The notes below the pieces were generated by a model. The model was given only the letters and a program-made list of their open reading frames with translations. It was not told where the DNA came from and ran no database searches. From assembly GCA_951406725.2 (NCBI GenBank), contig OX597822.1, positions 78,306,001-78,370,000 on the forward strand: 64,000 nucleotides of DNA, read 5' to 3'. A program made the position numbers and the translations under genes. Every line of letters starts with the position of its first letter. The first letter of the stretch is position 1. Source of the stretch: Octopus vulgaris. Lineage: Eukaryota. Positions 50,787 to 64,000 of this stretch are shown here, piece after piece.

Positions 50787-50944
50787 GGTGCAGATGTGGC
50801 TGTGTGGTAAGAAGCTTGCTTCCCAACCACATAGTTTCCGGTTCAGTCCCACTGCACCTTCGACAAGTGTTTTCTACTATTGCTGCGGGCCGACCAAAAC
50901 CATGTGAGTGAATTTGGTTGATGGAAACTGAAAGAAGCTTGTCG

Positions 50945-50975
<31 letters not shown>

Positions 50976-51260
50976 TTTTATATATATATTCTTTTATATA
51001 TATATTCTTTTATTCTTTTACTTGTTTCAGTCATTTGATTGCAGCCATGCTGGAGCACCGCCTTTAGTCGAATAAATCGACCCCAAGACTTTTCTCTGTA
51101 AGCCTAGTACTTATTCTATCGGTACCTTTTGCCGAACCGCTAGTTTACGGAGACGTAAACACACCAACATTAGTTGTCAAGTGATGGTGGTGAGACAAAC
51201 ACACACACATATATATACATATACATATATACGACGGGTCTCTTTCAGTTTCCGTCTACT
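50787..51260. mobile_element. Two partial SINE A copies in opposite orientation (50787-50945 +, 51010-51260 -)
   Basis: Match to the family A consensus. Confidence 0.8.
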
Positions 51261-51705
51261 ATATAATGTACCTTGTAATTTTTTTATATATATAAAATGA
51301 CATGGTCACGGCTGAAACATCGTTGATCATGTGTCAGCTCGATTTGAGAAGTCGGGGTGTTAAACAACAATAACAACGACTTCAACAACAATAACACTAC
51401 CAATAACAAAAACAACAATCAGTAGCAAAGAGAAAAACCTAAATTTCAAAGTAAAATAATTTAGTGATAAATTATTCTATTTCTTATCTATATTTTTCCC
51501 CTCTGCTTCATAATGGAGAATTATTTTATTCAAATTTCTCTTTGAATTCCTGCCATTTTCTATTGTAGCAAAATATAGATATATTCTCCATTACCATTCT
51601 GATTCTTGTGATAGTATTGGTCTTGCAACAATGACTTCACAGGGACACAGATTTCGGAGCGGAGGAGTGGCGACGCTGTCCGTTTGACACTACATTCTGT
51701 TGACT

Positions 51706-52303
51706 TTGACCTTTTAGCATTTCAATCGGCCATATCTGTTTTATGTTCAAACCAGCCAGATCCAGCGTCTCACACCTACCCTACAATGTCATTCCAAAAA
51801 TATACAGTCACATCATCGAAATCTCAAGACTACAATTTAATGGATGATTGAGCCAAAACAATGTAAATAAGTAACTGACATTTAAGAGCAGGCGTGGTTG
51901 TGTAGTAAGAAGTTTGCTTCCCAACCATATGGTTCCGAGTTCAGTCTCATTGCGTGGCACCTTGGGCAAGTATCTCCTACTATAGCATCGGGCTGACCAA
52001 AGCCTTGTGAGTGGATTTGGTAGACGGAAACTGGAAGAAGCTCGTCGTATATATATATGTGTGTGTGTGTGTGTGTGCGCGCGTTGTGTCTGCAACCCCC
52101 CATACCACCTCTGCTCTCGCTTGATAACCGATTTTGATGTGTTTATGTCCCCATAACTTAGCGGTTCGGCAAAATAGATCGATAGGATAAAAATCCTTTA
52201 AGGCGGTGCTCCAGCATGACCGCAATCAAATGACGAAAACAAGTAAAAGAAAGAAAAAAAAGAGAAAGAATTTGACAGAGTAATCGTAATCTTAAAGGGT
52301 TAA
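51706..52303. mobile_element. piggyBac-like (TTAA) MITE interrupted by SINE A (51888-52255, +)
   Basis: Ends ttgaccttttagcatt / aatcttaaagggttaa. Confidence 0.6.
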
Positions 52304-52677
52304 AAATAGACACGATGTGACAGAGTTTTGGAGAGGGGGTTGGGGTGGTGTGTCAGCTTTATCAGGCCTTTTTTTTTTGTTTCACTCAGCGGATTGCGAC
52401 CAAGCTGAAGCACAACCTCAAAAGATTTAGTCGAACAAATCGACCACAGTATTTTTTAAAGCCTGAGACTTATTCCATCGGTTTTCTTTCTGCCGAACCT
52501 CTACGTTACGGGGACGTAAACAAACCATCACGGATTGTCAGAACAAACACAAGGACACATAGACACATAATATATACGCATGTATGAATATATGCATGTG
52601 AACATAAAAATAGACATTTATATATAGAGAGAGATTTATACATACATAAATACATACATACATACATACATACAATA

Positions 52678-53007
52678 GGCATAGTAGTGGCTGTGTGGTA
52701 AGTAGCTTGCTTACCAGCCACATGGTTCCGGGTTCAGTCCCACTGCGTGGCACATTGGGCAAGTATCTTCTACTATAGCCTCGGGTCGACCAAACCCTTG
52801 TGAGTGGATTTGGTAGACGGAAACTAAAGAAGCCCGCCGTATATATGTATGTATACATATATGTATGTGTGTCTGTGTGTATGCTTGTGTTTCTGTGTTT
52901 GTCCCCCCAACATTGCTTAACAACCGATGCTGGTGTATTTACGTCCCCGTAACTTAGTGGTTCGCAAAAGAGACCGATAGAATAAGTACTAGGCTTACAA
53001 AGAATAA
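52678..53007 (+). mobile_element. SINE family A, 3'-truncated
   Basis: Canonical head and body. Confidence 0.85.
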
Positions 53008-53026
53008 TGTGTGTCTGTATATGTAG

Positions 53027-53100
<74 letters not shown>

Positions 53101-53233
53101 GATGCATATACATATATATATTTTTTATTTTATTTATGCGCCCTTTTCAAGCCTAGCCATGCTCATGGGCCCGGTTTCCCGGTTTCTGTGGCATATGTGT
53201 TCCCCCCAGCTGGACGGGACGCCAGTCCATCGC

Positions 53234-53297
<64 letters not shown>

Positions 53298-53424
53298 GAG
53301 ACGCATCTGCACCGCTGGATACTCCAGAACCGTTTGCTAAGTCCCAACCATGAGGGATCGATGTTAGACGTCTCGAAACAATTGTCGTGACTGATATTAT
53401 TATCTCGTATATTCCATCTTCCGC

Positions 53425-53490
<66 letters not shown>

Positions 53491-53551
53491 GTTTGTTCAG
53501 GATTACTCCATGTTTTTGAGAAAACAAATTCATTATTCTTATGCAAGAATG

Positions 53552-53621
53552 TTATTGACCTGTCAGAGACGTTGTCCGACGATGGCATAAATGGCTGAAA
53601 CTTCGAAGTCACTGTCAATAA
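53552..53621 (+). ncRNA. Type I hammerhead-like motif (U4->C)
   Basis: GU-CCGACGA-U-GGC..GCU-GAAA-CUUCGAAG-UC^-AC with distal stem I ttattgac/gtcaataa. A second remnant (gaaacaattgtc) lies at 53340-53392. Confidence 0.5.
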
Positions 53622-53656
53622 TATTCTTGTTTAAGAATTATATGTGTATGTATATA

Positions 53657-54543
53657 CATGGTGCGATGAGTAAGCTGTCGCCATTTTAGGATTTTTTTTT
53701 TAATTTAGTGCATACGCATTGCTTGTTTATGATTTTGTCGACTACACAATATAATAGGGTCAGTTGGACACGGTCTGTGAGAAAAACAGCACCATGACGC
53801 AATTCCGTCTGTCGGAAATTTTGAAACGATCTTGGTACTGCTTGGTATTCGCGCCGGAAGCTCCATTACGAACATTTCAGTGTGTTTGGGTGTCAATCTC
53901 AGGACAGTGCAATCTGAGGTCATGTACTGAGAGTGATGAAAATCAAACATCCAGTCAACATCATGGTGTCTGGAGTGATCACTAGTAGTGGAAACGTTAT
54001 GTCTCCATTCATCTTCCCACACGTCCTCAGACTCAACACGGAGGCCTACATCGAGAGCATGGAAGAGGTAATGCTGCTCTAGGACAAGAGGGTGGCCACT
54101 GGAAGACGCTATACCTGGCAACAGGGCTCTGCACCATGCCATAGACGCAGGATAACCTAGTCATGGCTGTCAGACAATTTCTGCGACCACATCATCCCTA
54201 ACACCTGACCACCTAGCTCCCCAGACTGCAACCCCCTTCATTATTATGTGAGAGCAGTTGAGCGAGAGTCCATCAAATCTCCTTGTAACACCAAAGACGA
54301 TCTGAAGGTAAGGATTATGACAGCATTCACCAACTTAAACATGTAGACCACCCAGAAGAGTTGTAGGAGATTCCGAAGTCATCAGGAGGCTGTGGTTGAA
54401 TCCAATGGTGAGGCGATTTTATTGAATAAATTTACTCTTTAGTATTTCAAGATATATTTTGGTACATATATCTGTTAAAATGAGATCCCAGTGTTATTTT
54501 CATTTTTTGGTAATTTAGACGACATTTCATTCACTGCACCTTG
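53657..54543 (+). mobile_element. Decayed maT/DD37D-like Tc1/mariner transposon
   Basis: Imperfect TIRs catggtgcgatgagtaagctgtcg / cgacatttcattcactgcaccttg; peptides KHPVNIMVSGVITSSG, TWQQGSAPCH and PPSSPDCNPLHYYV. Confidence 0.85.
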
Positions 54544-54548
54544 TGTGA

Positions 54549-54619
<71 letters not shown>

Positions 54620-55107
54620 GAGCTTCCACATAGTTCCCGTCTGCCACTGCCATTCCCAAGGCTTTGGCTGGCCAGAAGCGATAGTAGAAAACACTTACCC
54701 ATGTTGCCGCGCACTGAGATTGAACCCAGAACCAGGTGGTTGCAAAGAGAGCTTCTTAACTACATACCTATGCTTGCACCTATATGCTTGGCAATTTATT
54801 CTAGTAATTCCAGGTACAGACGAAGGGTGAAAGATATCGAGGTGGAGGGAATCAAGTTGATTAAATCACCCTCAGTAATTGACTGGTATATTATTTTGTC
54901 AGGCCCCAGAAGGACGAAATCTAAAGTCGGCTTTGCCAGGGTTTGAACTCGAAAATAAGGAGGACGTGACCGCAAGACATTTCATTTTTGTTCCCTGTTC
55001 TAGTATTAAAATACCTTGTCTAATATTTCAGTCAATCCCAGACAACTTAATCATACACTCTGACATACACATGCCTCCATCCATCTCTCGCGCTCTCTCC
55101 TTCTCTC

Positions 55108-55171
<64 letters not shown>

Positions 55172-55319
55172 ATTCACTCACTAAGATACATACACATACG
55201 TACGGAAGCAGACACTCATTTCCCATCTCTTATAACTATGTCTGGCTGAACCAGTGGTGGAAATGGTCTACAGATTACAAGAATAGTGGTAGACGACCTT
55301 TTCATGGTTCTCCACATTA

Positions 55320-55366
<47 letters not shown>

Positions 55367-55520
55367 TTCTCTTGATAAATGGATATATATACATACATAT
55401 GTGTATATAAATACACACACACACACACCCACATATATATATATATATATATGCATACACACACATATACATATATATATATATATATACACACACATAT
55501 ACATATATATATATATATAT

Positions 55521-55566
<46 letters not shown>

Positions 55567-55801
55567 GAGTTCGTACGAGGGTGTGTCAGTTGAGTGTACA
55601 GTTATGCTCCAGTGCAAATGTACCCGCTATCAGTCTAGTGCATATTGTAAGTTAGGACAAAAAAGAAACGAAAGAACAAACAACAAAATAATATCAAAAA
55701 GAAAAGAGGGGTGGGGAAACGCTAATTAATCACGCATTAGTGTTTTATTCCGTTCCTCCTTCTAATTCGCTGTTAAATCTAGTGTTAAGGGCAAGACTTA
55801 C

Positions 55802-56034
55802 CAATACGTGTCACGCATCGTAAAACACACAGACATAGGTGCACGCACAGAAGGATGAAGGAAAAACATACATGTTTCGCATACGTAATGACGTTGTCCG
55901 GTTTCACATCATCATTTTGTTCTTTGGATTCCTTTAGTAGAGTTCGCTCCATTACAAGCATTTGGGTTTGGGCTCCGGTTCCAGAATAACTCTCCCCACT
56001 TACCCCAGACTTCCTTTCACCAGTTTGAAAGGCT
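55802..56034 (-). CDS. Candidate host exon encoding an N-terminal hydrophobic (signal/anchor) segment
   Basis: Minus-strand acceptor (T)7-ag, open frame MERTLLKESKEQNDDVKPDNVITYAKHVCFSFILLCVHLCLCVLRCVTRI, and consensus donor G|GTAAGT in phase 1. Unique, non-repetitive sequence; no homology recognised. Confidence 0.35.
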
Positions 56035-56115
56035 CTAAAAAAATGTGTGGCCTCTTCCTTTTTCATTAAACAAGTAAAACAAAAATACTTTCCTTCCCAA
56101 TCTTGCTACCAAGTA

Positions 56116-56552
56116 AGGCGGCGAGCTGGCAGAATCGTTAGCACGCCGGGCGAAATGCTTAACAGTATTTCGTCTTTCTTGACGTTCTGAGTTCAAATTC
56201 TGCTGAGGTCGACTTTGCTTTCATCCTTTCGGGGTCGATAAATTAAGTACCACTTGTGTACTGAGGTAGATCTAATCGACTGGCTTCCTTCCTAAAAAAT
56301 TTGCACCTTGTGCCTAGAGTAGAAAACATTATCTATAAAGGTGGCGAGCTGGCAGAACCGTTAGCACGCCGGGCGAAATGCTTAACAGTATTTCGTCTGT
56401 CTTTATGTTCTGAGTTCAAATTCGGCCGAGGTCGACTTTGCCTCTCATCCTTTCGGGGTCGATAAATTAAGTACCAGTTACGCACTGGGGTCGATCTAAT
56501 GGACTGGCCTCCCTCCCCTAAAATCTCCGGCCTTGTGCTTAGAGTAGAAAAG
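56116..56552 (+). mobile_element. Head-to-tail SINE B dimer with 17-bp TSD
   Basis: TSD aatcttgctaccaagta at 56099-56115 and 56553-56569. Confidence 0.92.
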
Positions 56553-57029
56553 AATCTTGCTACCAAGTAGGTAGTCAGTTGAAATTTATTCTAAATTAAA
56601 AAGAGAAATATAACATACATACATACATACACCGGGTGAGGTTCTTTCAGTTTCCGTTTTCCAAATACAAATTAATCCGAACAAAACTGAATAGAGAGAA
56701 ACTGTATGGAAGCCTGTTCTGAGGATTGTAACTAACCTTGAAAAAAAAAGCCAGCCTTGTCACACTTTGTCTCTCTTTTACTCCCTGAGATTCATTGTAT
56801 TTGATGGCATATATGAAGCACCTCCCAGCTCAACCCCTAAAAATGTTCCAAAAGTCACCCCGGGTCCTATAGGCAAAGTTAGGTTTTCCATTAGCTTTTA
56901 TGCATTAAAAACTGCTGAAATTACGGTGCGTCTAATTTTTATATTCTTTTCCTTACATGAAAATCCCAAACAAGGGGAAAAGTCACTTAGTGTAAGGAAC
57001 TAAGGAGAAGGAGAAATTGAAATGAAAGG

Positions 57030-57350
57030 AATGGGTTTACTTTAGATTTGAAGGTGTTCAGTTCATGAGAAGCGGGGTGGGGGGAACAATGAGATGGAAG
57101 AGAATTGCAATGTCTGGCAATTCGAGAAAGAAAAAAAGCTACAACTGTAAAAAGACTTCCTTATTCGTGGAAGCACAACAGCATTTGGATGAAGACCGAG
57201 TGAGTTTTGAGTCAGGTGAGATGGTGCAAAGTGATCTGGAACTAAGAAGGAAAGTTCTTCAGAGCACTTCCTATGGCAATATCGAGAAAAACTAAGAATG
57301 GCGACGCCACTTCGATGTGGCAAGAGTTGCAGAGTTGAAGCAAGAGATAC
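57030..57350 (-). pseudogene. CR1/L2/Jockey-group LINE ORF2 C-terminal remnant
   Basis: LQLLPHRSGVA..SRYCHRKCSEELSFLVP...HPNAVVLPRIRKSFYSCSFF...LNTFKSKVN resembles LINE C-terminal LxHRRxVAxL..FYRY..GxCSxEL. Confidence 0.6.
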
Positions 57351-59420
57351 ACTAATCAAAATAATATTCTCGTGCGTTTTTTTTTTTTTTTATGTCAGCA
57401 ATTACGTTATGTTATGGGTACATGAATCTGTAGAATACTCAGCCACATACATGCTAATTCAAAAGGTAAGTAACAGGTAATTCAGCTGATGAAGCCATGC
57501 AATAGTCACCGTCGAAACTGGCGGAGATCCATTAACTGCACTTTTGACAGCGTTGAATTTGTTATGCGCAGCTGTGTGCAAACACTTTACATATGACTCT
57601 GCACACGATGTGTGTCATATGTGCATTGCATATTGAGTTTATTTGGTTACTGTGTTTACTTAATATACCGACCCTTTGCGCTCCTCCATGCCCCCTGTCA
57701 TATTACTATATAATTCTGTCCACCCCCACGAACTACCCGCACTCTAGATACGGGCCGCAAGTTTACTATACAAATCTCAACCATTCCTTACCATAACAAT
57801 ACTTCTCAACGGCGCCTGCCTGGCCTCATTTCTCTGCAAGCTTCTATTACCAATCCTCTGCTTCTCTCCCACCTCTGCACAATCACTCTGTGCGTACCCG
57901 GGCTTGTATGTGTGTATACATCCGTTCACCCTGACCATTTCAGCTACAGTCACCCACCTTTTAATAAGTTCAGCGATAATTATGACCTATCAAGTGCTAC
58001 TGCGGGTGTTAACCGAGTGTCTAATTGGAGTACCGCCTGATTGATCTCTACTTCTTTCTTTACTGCCAATTTTTACATCACACACAAAAAAGAAAAACTT
58101 GAAGTTATCTTTTCTGTTTTTCAACAACAAATCCATAACCTTTGGCCAATTGTTGGTTAAATGTTACCTTTTTTTTTTCGACATTTCTTTAGTTGTTTAA
58201 AACAGGAAGAGAAAAACAAGTCAACCACTTTCCACGGTGGCCTTGGCCAAGCTTCTCTCCTATGTGTCAACACTGTGAGCTGTACATTAATGCTAGGCAG
58301 CGAATACTAATTTAAAAACAACATAACATATAGAATAATATAACACATCATCACGTTGTTTTGATGTTATAATTAGAGCAAAATTTTGTTATTTGCATCA
58401 CTAAAGGTTTTTTAATAAACTCGGTTAAGATCATTGTTTTAAGAAAATCCGAGGTAATTTATGCGAGTCTTTCATTTTGTTTTTTCGTATTTTTAAGTTG
58501 TCTCAAAAGGCAAAATTAACGCCCAGCTCGACTTGTTGCAGGACGAAGAATAGAATGCTAAAAAAGAAAGAAAAAAAAAACAAGACTGTCCGGTCTAAAG
58601 TTAGTAATCAACACAATCAATTCTAAGCCATACGCATATGCAAACGCACACACACACGTACATACACGTACACAAGACATATTCACAGACATACACAAGC
58701 ACGTACACACACTGTGGTAAGAAGTTTGCTTCCCAACCACACGGTTCCGGGTTCAGTCCCATTGCGTGGTACTTTGAGCAGTGTCTTCTACTATAGCTCC
58801 GGGTCGACTAATGCCTTGTGAATGGATCTGGTGGACGGAAACTGAAAGAAGCATGTCGTGTGTGTGTGTGTGAAATATTTTCAATACTTATTTTAAAAAA
58901 ACAACTCTTTTCTCTCCTTTATTGTATTTTCAAAATGAAGAAAAAGCCAAACACAGCAAGTGCATGTGTGAAAAACGAAATTAGAGATTTAAAAACAAAG
59001 AGACATTTTCAGTCGTTTAAAATGCATAAAAGGAATATATTTTTTTATTGAAGAAATGTATAGATGGGATAAGAAAATATCATTTGTTTTCCCTTTTGTG
59101 TACCATATAACAACGGTTTGTCACAGAAGCACCTTATTTCAAGTAAAATTAGATTCGGGGGAATTATATCAGGTAAAGTAGAAATTATATATTATGTCAT
59201 GCATAAAAAAAAATTCTTACAGCGTTGCAAAACTACGAAAGTAACAGAGACTAGGGCTTGGCTGAGATAAAGGACATGGACCACACTCCTTTTCTTTTCT
59301 TTTTTTTTTTTGTGGGAGGTTTCTACAGAAACCCACTTTTTCGACTGCAGAGATTCCGAATCTGCAAAAAAAAATCGGCATTTTAAGCTTCAGGCCCCCA
59401 GAATTGTAGATCCGCCACTG

Positions 59421-59640
59421 GTCGAGACTTCTTGCTGGCCATGACATGACTTCAACCCCAATTGCATGGAGGAAATCCAAAGTTGTCTTTGCTTTATGAA
59501 TAGGAGTATTGTCCTTTTGAAATATGAAGTTCTCGCCATGGAGCCTTCTTCCTTGAGCCCTGCCCAACAACTTGATGTATCATGCAGCATTGAAACGTCC
59601 ATCCATGATGGCAAGTGGCAGCACGTTACTTTCACGAAAA
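59421..59640 (-). pseudogene. Tc1 (DD34E-type) transposase fragment
   Basis: NFIFQKDNTPIHKAKTTLDFLHAIGVEVMSWPARSLD. Confidence 0.85.
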
Positions 59641-59785
59641 GGCTCTTCCGTTGATAGGATCAACAGGAACACTCGTCGTCGTAACTGACGGAGTGTCAGT
59701 ATATATACGCCTTTCAGTCGGCAAGCATTTATATGGTTCAACCCTCCATTCAACTTCAACGTAAAATCTTGAGTTGCAAAAAGCT

Positions 59786-59853
<68 letters not shown>

Positions 59854-60442
59854 TAATGATTTCCAAACAGACATAAATTTCATCACAGGACTGATTGAAA
59901 CAAGTACGGTTGTCACTTCTGTCCACAGAAATATATTAAGATACAACTCTTCACATGTATCTAATGTATTCAATTAAGTGTAATTAGCACATGCAATGTT
60001 GGCTGATATCTATAGATTTATTCTGTAGTATTATGTAGCAGTAACTGAAAACATCATTTAAGTTCCTCAGACTGCAACAAGAAATAAAATACTATAATGA
60101 GGTACTGCTCATCAAAATAATTAGATTTAGATTAAGTTTCAAAACTAATCTATTTACTTAACAAACTTTTCTTATTTCGGTTGTCTATTATTTTTTATCT
60201 TTTATTTGTTTCAGTCATTAGATTGCGGCCATGTTGGGGCACCGTTTGAGCAATTTTTAGTTGAATGTATTGACCCCCGCCTCCCGCGCCAGTACTTGTA
60301 ACTTTTTTGGCAAAGCCTGGTACTTATTGTATCGATATCTTTAGCTGAACTGCTAGATTACGGGGACGTAAACACACCAACACCGCTGTCCAGCGATGGT
60401 GGGGGTCAAGCACAGACACAAAGACAAACTCACTCAAATATA

Positions 60443-60539
<97 letters not shown>

Positions 60540-60741
60540 AGAGAAAGAAAAAGGCATACTTTTTCAGAGATGCTGGTGTGTTTACGTCCCCGTAACTTAG
60601 CGGTTCGGCAAAAGAGACCTATAGAATAAGTACTAGGCTTACAAAGAATAAGCTCTGGGGTCAATTTGCTCGACTATAAAGGCGGTGCTCCAGCATGCAC
60701 ATTCTTCAGAATAAAGTACACTTGATATGTTATATCTTAGT

Positions 60742-61098
60742 GGGAAGCGCAATGGCCCAGTTATTAGGGCAGAGGACTCGCGGTCATAGGATCGCGGTTT
60801 CAATTCCCAGACTGGGCGTTGTGTGTGTTTATTGAGCGAACACATCTAAAGCGGCACGAAGCTTCGGCAGCGGATGGTGGCAAACCCTGCTGTACTCTTT
60901 CACCACAACTACCTCTCACTCTTTCTTCCTGTTTCTATTGTACCCGTATTTCAAAAGGGCCAGCCTAGCCACAGTCTACGTCACGCTGAATCTCCCCGAG
61001 AACTACGTTAAAGGTACACGTTTCTGTGGAATACTCAGCCGCTTGAACGTTAATTTGGATCAACTGGAACCCTCGTCGTCGTAACCGACAGAGTGCCG
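60742..61098 (+). mobile_element. SINE family C
   Basis: tggcccagttattagggcag A-box-like, gtttcaattccc B-box-like, canonical tail. Confidence 0.88.
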
Positions 61099-61414
61099 TA
61101 ATATATCTTAGTATATAATAGTCTCACAGAGATACTGGTGACACATGCAGATATATACATACTCATGCCTTAAACCTGTATACGCATGTATGTATGCACG
61201 TACATGTATATATGTGTGTATATTTATATGTGCATATATACTCACAACTGTATACATTAAAATATACATAATACATCCATCAGCAAGCCATAAATACACA
61301 CATACATACATACATATATATACATACATGCACACACTTATATACATACATACTCACATAATCCTTTTGTCCTTGTTTGTCCCCTCTATGTTTTGCCCCT
61401 TGTGGGCAATAAAG

Positions 61415-61452
<38 letters not shown>

Positions 61453-61490
61453 ATATATATACATACATATATATATATATATACATATAT

Positions 61491-61578
<88 letters not shown>

Positions 61579-62374
61579 GAGGCATTCAAAAAACCGCAGT
61601 GTTAGGTATTGATGTTACTGCAGCTCATTTTAGTGTTTTTCTATTTTATTTTCGGGAAGGAAATATGAGGAAAGACGGCGACATCGGTTGAAACACTTAC
61701 ATCATTCTACAGTTACATAGAACTAAAGTGTAAATTATAGCAGATGATATCGTAAACAACACCAACAAGACCATCATACCTTTACAAATAATTAGTTTCC
61801 TGTTACCCTACCGGCACTATTTACGATCCAACTGGTGCCACACCCGTTTAAAAGCACTAAAATTTCGCAGGCAGAGAACGTTGACGGAGTTCTCCCCTAT
61901 ATCATCTAGACGGTCTCTAGAACTACTTAGATAAAAACAGCAGAAAATACTTTTAAATCATTGCCGCCCTATTGACTTACAAACGTTAAGAAGAGGGTGA
62001 TTAATGCAGTCGGTGATAGGCTTTAAAAAAATAACGTGAGAGCATTGGAACGTTGATAATCATAAGTCTTCTTTCACCAGACCTAGGGCTAAACACCAAC
62101 AACAACGATAACGGTGGTGGTAACGAGAACGACGAGGGTGAGCATACAACGGAGTTACTGCAGCCATCTTTCTTTTGTCGCTTATCTTTTACTTGTTTAT
62201 ATCATTGGACTGCTGCCATGCTGGGGTACTGCCTTCAAGGGGTTTTTTAGTCAAACAAATCGACCCAAGTACTGATGTATTTGTACTGGTGCCTGGTACT
62301 TGTTCTATCGGTTTGATTTGCCGATCCGCTAAGTTTCAAAGCAGGTAACAAGAAAACAAACCGGTTCTCAAACG

Positions 62375-62435
<61 letters not shown>

Positions 62436-62639
62436 GGAAACGACCAGACATATGCAACGGGCTTCCACACAGTTTCCGTCTATCAAATTCATTCATACTA
62501 TGGCCCTTTGGTTGATCACGCGGTTGATGTCGATCAGCTACTTTGGTTTGGCAACAGGAGGCGGTTTTACTTTAGAGATGTTATTGATTTCTAAAATGTG
62601 GCGAGCCCTCATACGTCAACTAAGGACGAGAGAATCCAT

Positions 62640-62673
<34 letters not shown>

Positions 62674-62705
62674 AATGTAATATGTGACAGTTATTCGGTA
62701 GCCAT

Positions 62706-62766
62706 GATAAAACTCCGAGTTTCGGATGCCGGGGTGGAAATCCACACCGCCATCTCTTCAGTTATC
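62706..62766 (-). ncRNA. Type I hammerhead ribozyme, intact core
   Basis: GAUAA-CUGAAGA-GAUGGCGGUGUGGA-UU-UCCACCCCGGCAUC-C-GAAA-CUCGGAG-UU^-UUAUC. Confidence 0.72.
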
Positions 62767-63054
62767 CAGCCATCGGCAAAATACTATGAAAAATGACCGT
62801 TATACAAAGAGAAATTACTGTGTGATTGACCGTTATTAAGACAAAAGAGCTATTTGAATGACCGCTAAGTGAGGGGAGGGAGTAAAAGTAAGGGGGAAAA
62901 AGTTCATAGTATTCGCGTGAGCGCGCATGCTCATACCTACACATGCGCGCCCGCACACCCACATGCATGCGCCTAAAGGTATACACTCATCCACCCTCAC
63001 TTGAAACGTACACATCCTCACCCGCACCATTCACCAAATATATATATATATATA

Positions 63055-63106
<52 letters not shown>

Positions 63107-63200
63107 CGTGACCGACCAGGCTATCAGATGTTGCTACACATCGCTGGTCACAATGCGCTTCGCATTGTTTTAGCCTTCAAATGCTGGCTAAGCGAGCAGG

Positions 63201-63255
<55 letters not shown>

Positions 63256-63399
63256 ACAAACACACACACACACACACACACACACCATAAATGTTCATAC
63301 ACACGTCTATATACGCACAAGCACAAGAAAAAACAGGGCTAAGGGTAACAATACACAAAAAAGGTGTAAGGGAGTAAGAATATTGTTACCCTTAGCCCT

Positions 63400-64000
63400 G
63401 TTTTTTCTACTCTAGGCACAAGGCCCAAAATTTTGGGGCAGGAGGCCAATCGATTAGATCGACTCCAGTACGCAAGTGATACTTAATTTATCAACCCCCG
63501 AAAGGATGAAAGGCAGAGTCGACCTCGACAGAATTTGAACTCAGAACATAAAGACAGACGAAATACCCATTTCTTTACTACCCACAAGGGGCTAAACATA
63601 GAGAGGACAAACAAGGACAGACAAACGGATTAAGTTGATTATAACGACCCCAGTGCGTAACTGGTACTTATTTAATCGACTTCGAAAGGATGAAAGGCAA
63701 AGTTGACCTCGGTGGAATTTGAGCTCAGAACGTAGCGGCAGACGAAATACCTATTTCTTTATTACACACAAGGGGCTGAACACAGAGAGGACAAACAAGG
63801 ACAGACAAACGGATTAAGTCGATTAATCGACCCCAGTGCGTAACTGGTACTTATTTAATCGAACCCGAAAGGATGAAAGGCAAAGTCGACCTCAGCGGAA
63901 TTTGAACTCAGAACGTAGCGGCAGACGAAATACCTATTTCTTTACTACCCACAAGGGGACAAACAAGGACAGACAAACGGATTAAGACGATTATATCGAC
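63400..64000 (-). mobile_element. Tandem array of SINE B internal units (~180-bp period) running off the window end
   Basis: gaaaggatgaaaggcaaagtcgacctc...cagacgaaatacc...acaaacggattaag recurs three times. Confidence 0.9.

Noticed and set aside
57486-57525. Hammerhead (ctgatgaagcc...gtcgaaactgg)
   Set aside because: No NUH triplet or stem I; at most a dead remnant.

Overview
Repeat-saturated, AT-rich animal genomic DNA, intronic or intergenic. The tRNA-derived SINE families and extreme microsatellite density point to a coleoid cephalopod, probably Octopus (inference from recognised repeats, not a database match). No complete host gene is visible, and nearly all track ORFs are microsatellite or SINE artefacts. 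Recognisable content: a full-length but mutated mariner (23317-24607); decayed DD41D-like, maT/DD37D-like, Tc1, pogo/Tigger and hAT transposons; a decayed PIF1-helicase Helitron and a non-autonomous Helitron; RTE and CR1-like LINE remnants; dozens of SINEs; foldbacks; minisatellites; and one plausible minus-strand host exon (55802-56034). The most striking signal is RNA-level. There are about 14 hammerhead-ribozyme-like motifs. Two of them (1506-1568 and 26514-26574, minus strand) carry the three catalytic segments in a non-circularly permuted order, with compensatory base changes between copies. Another lies downstream of a tRNA-like head in an inverted-repeat element (7325-7710).
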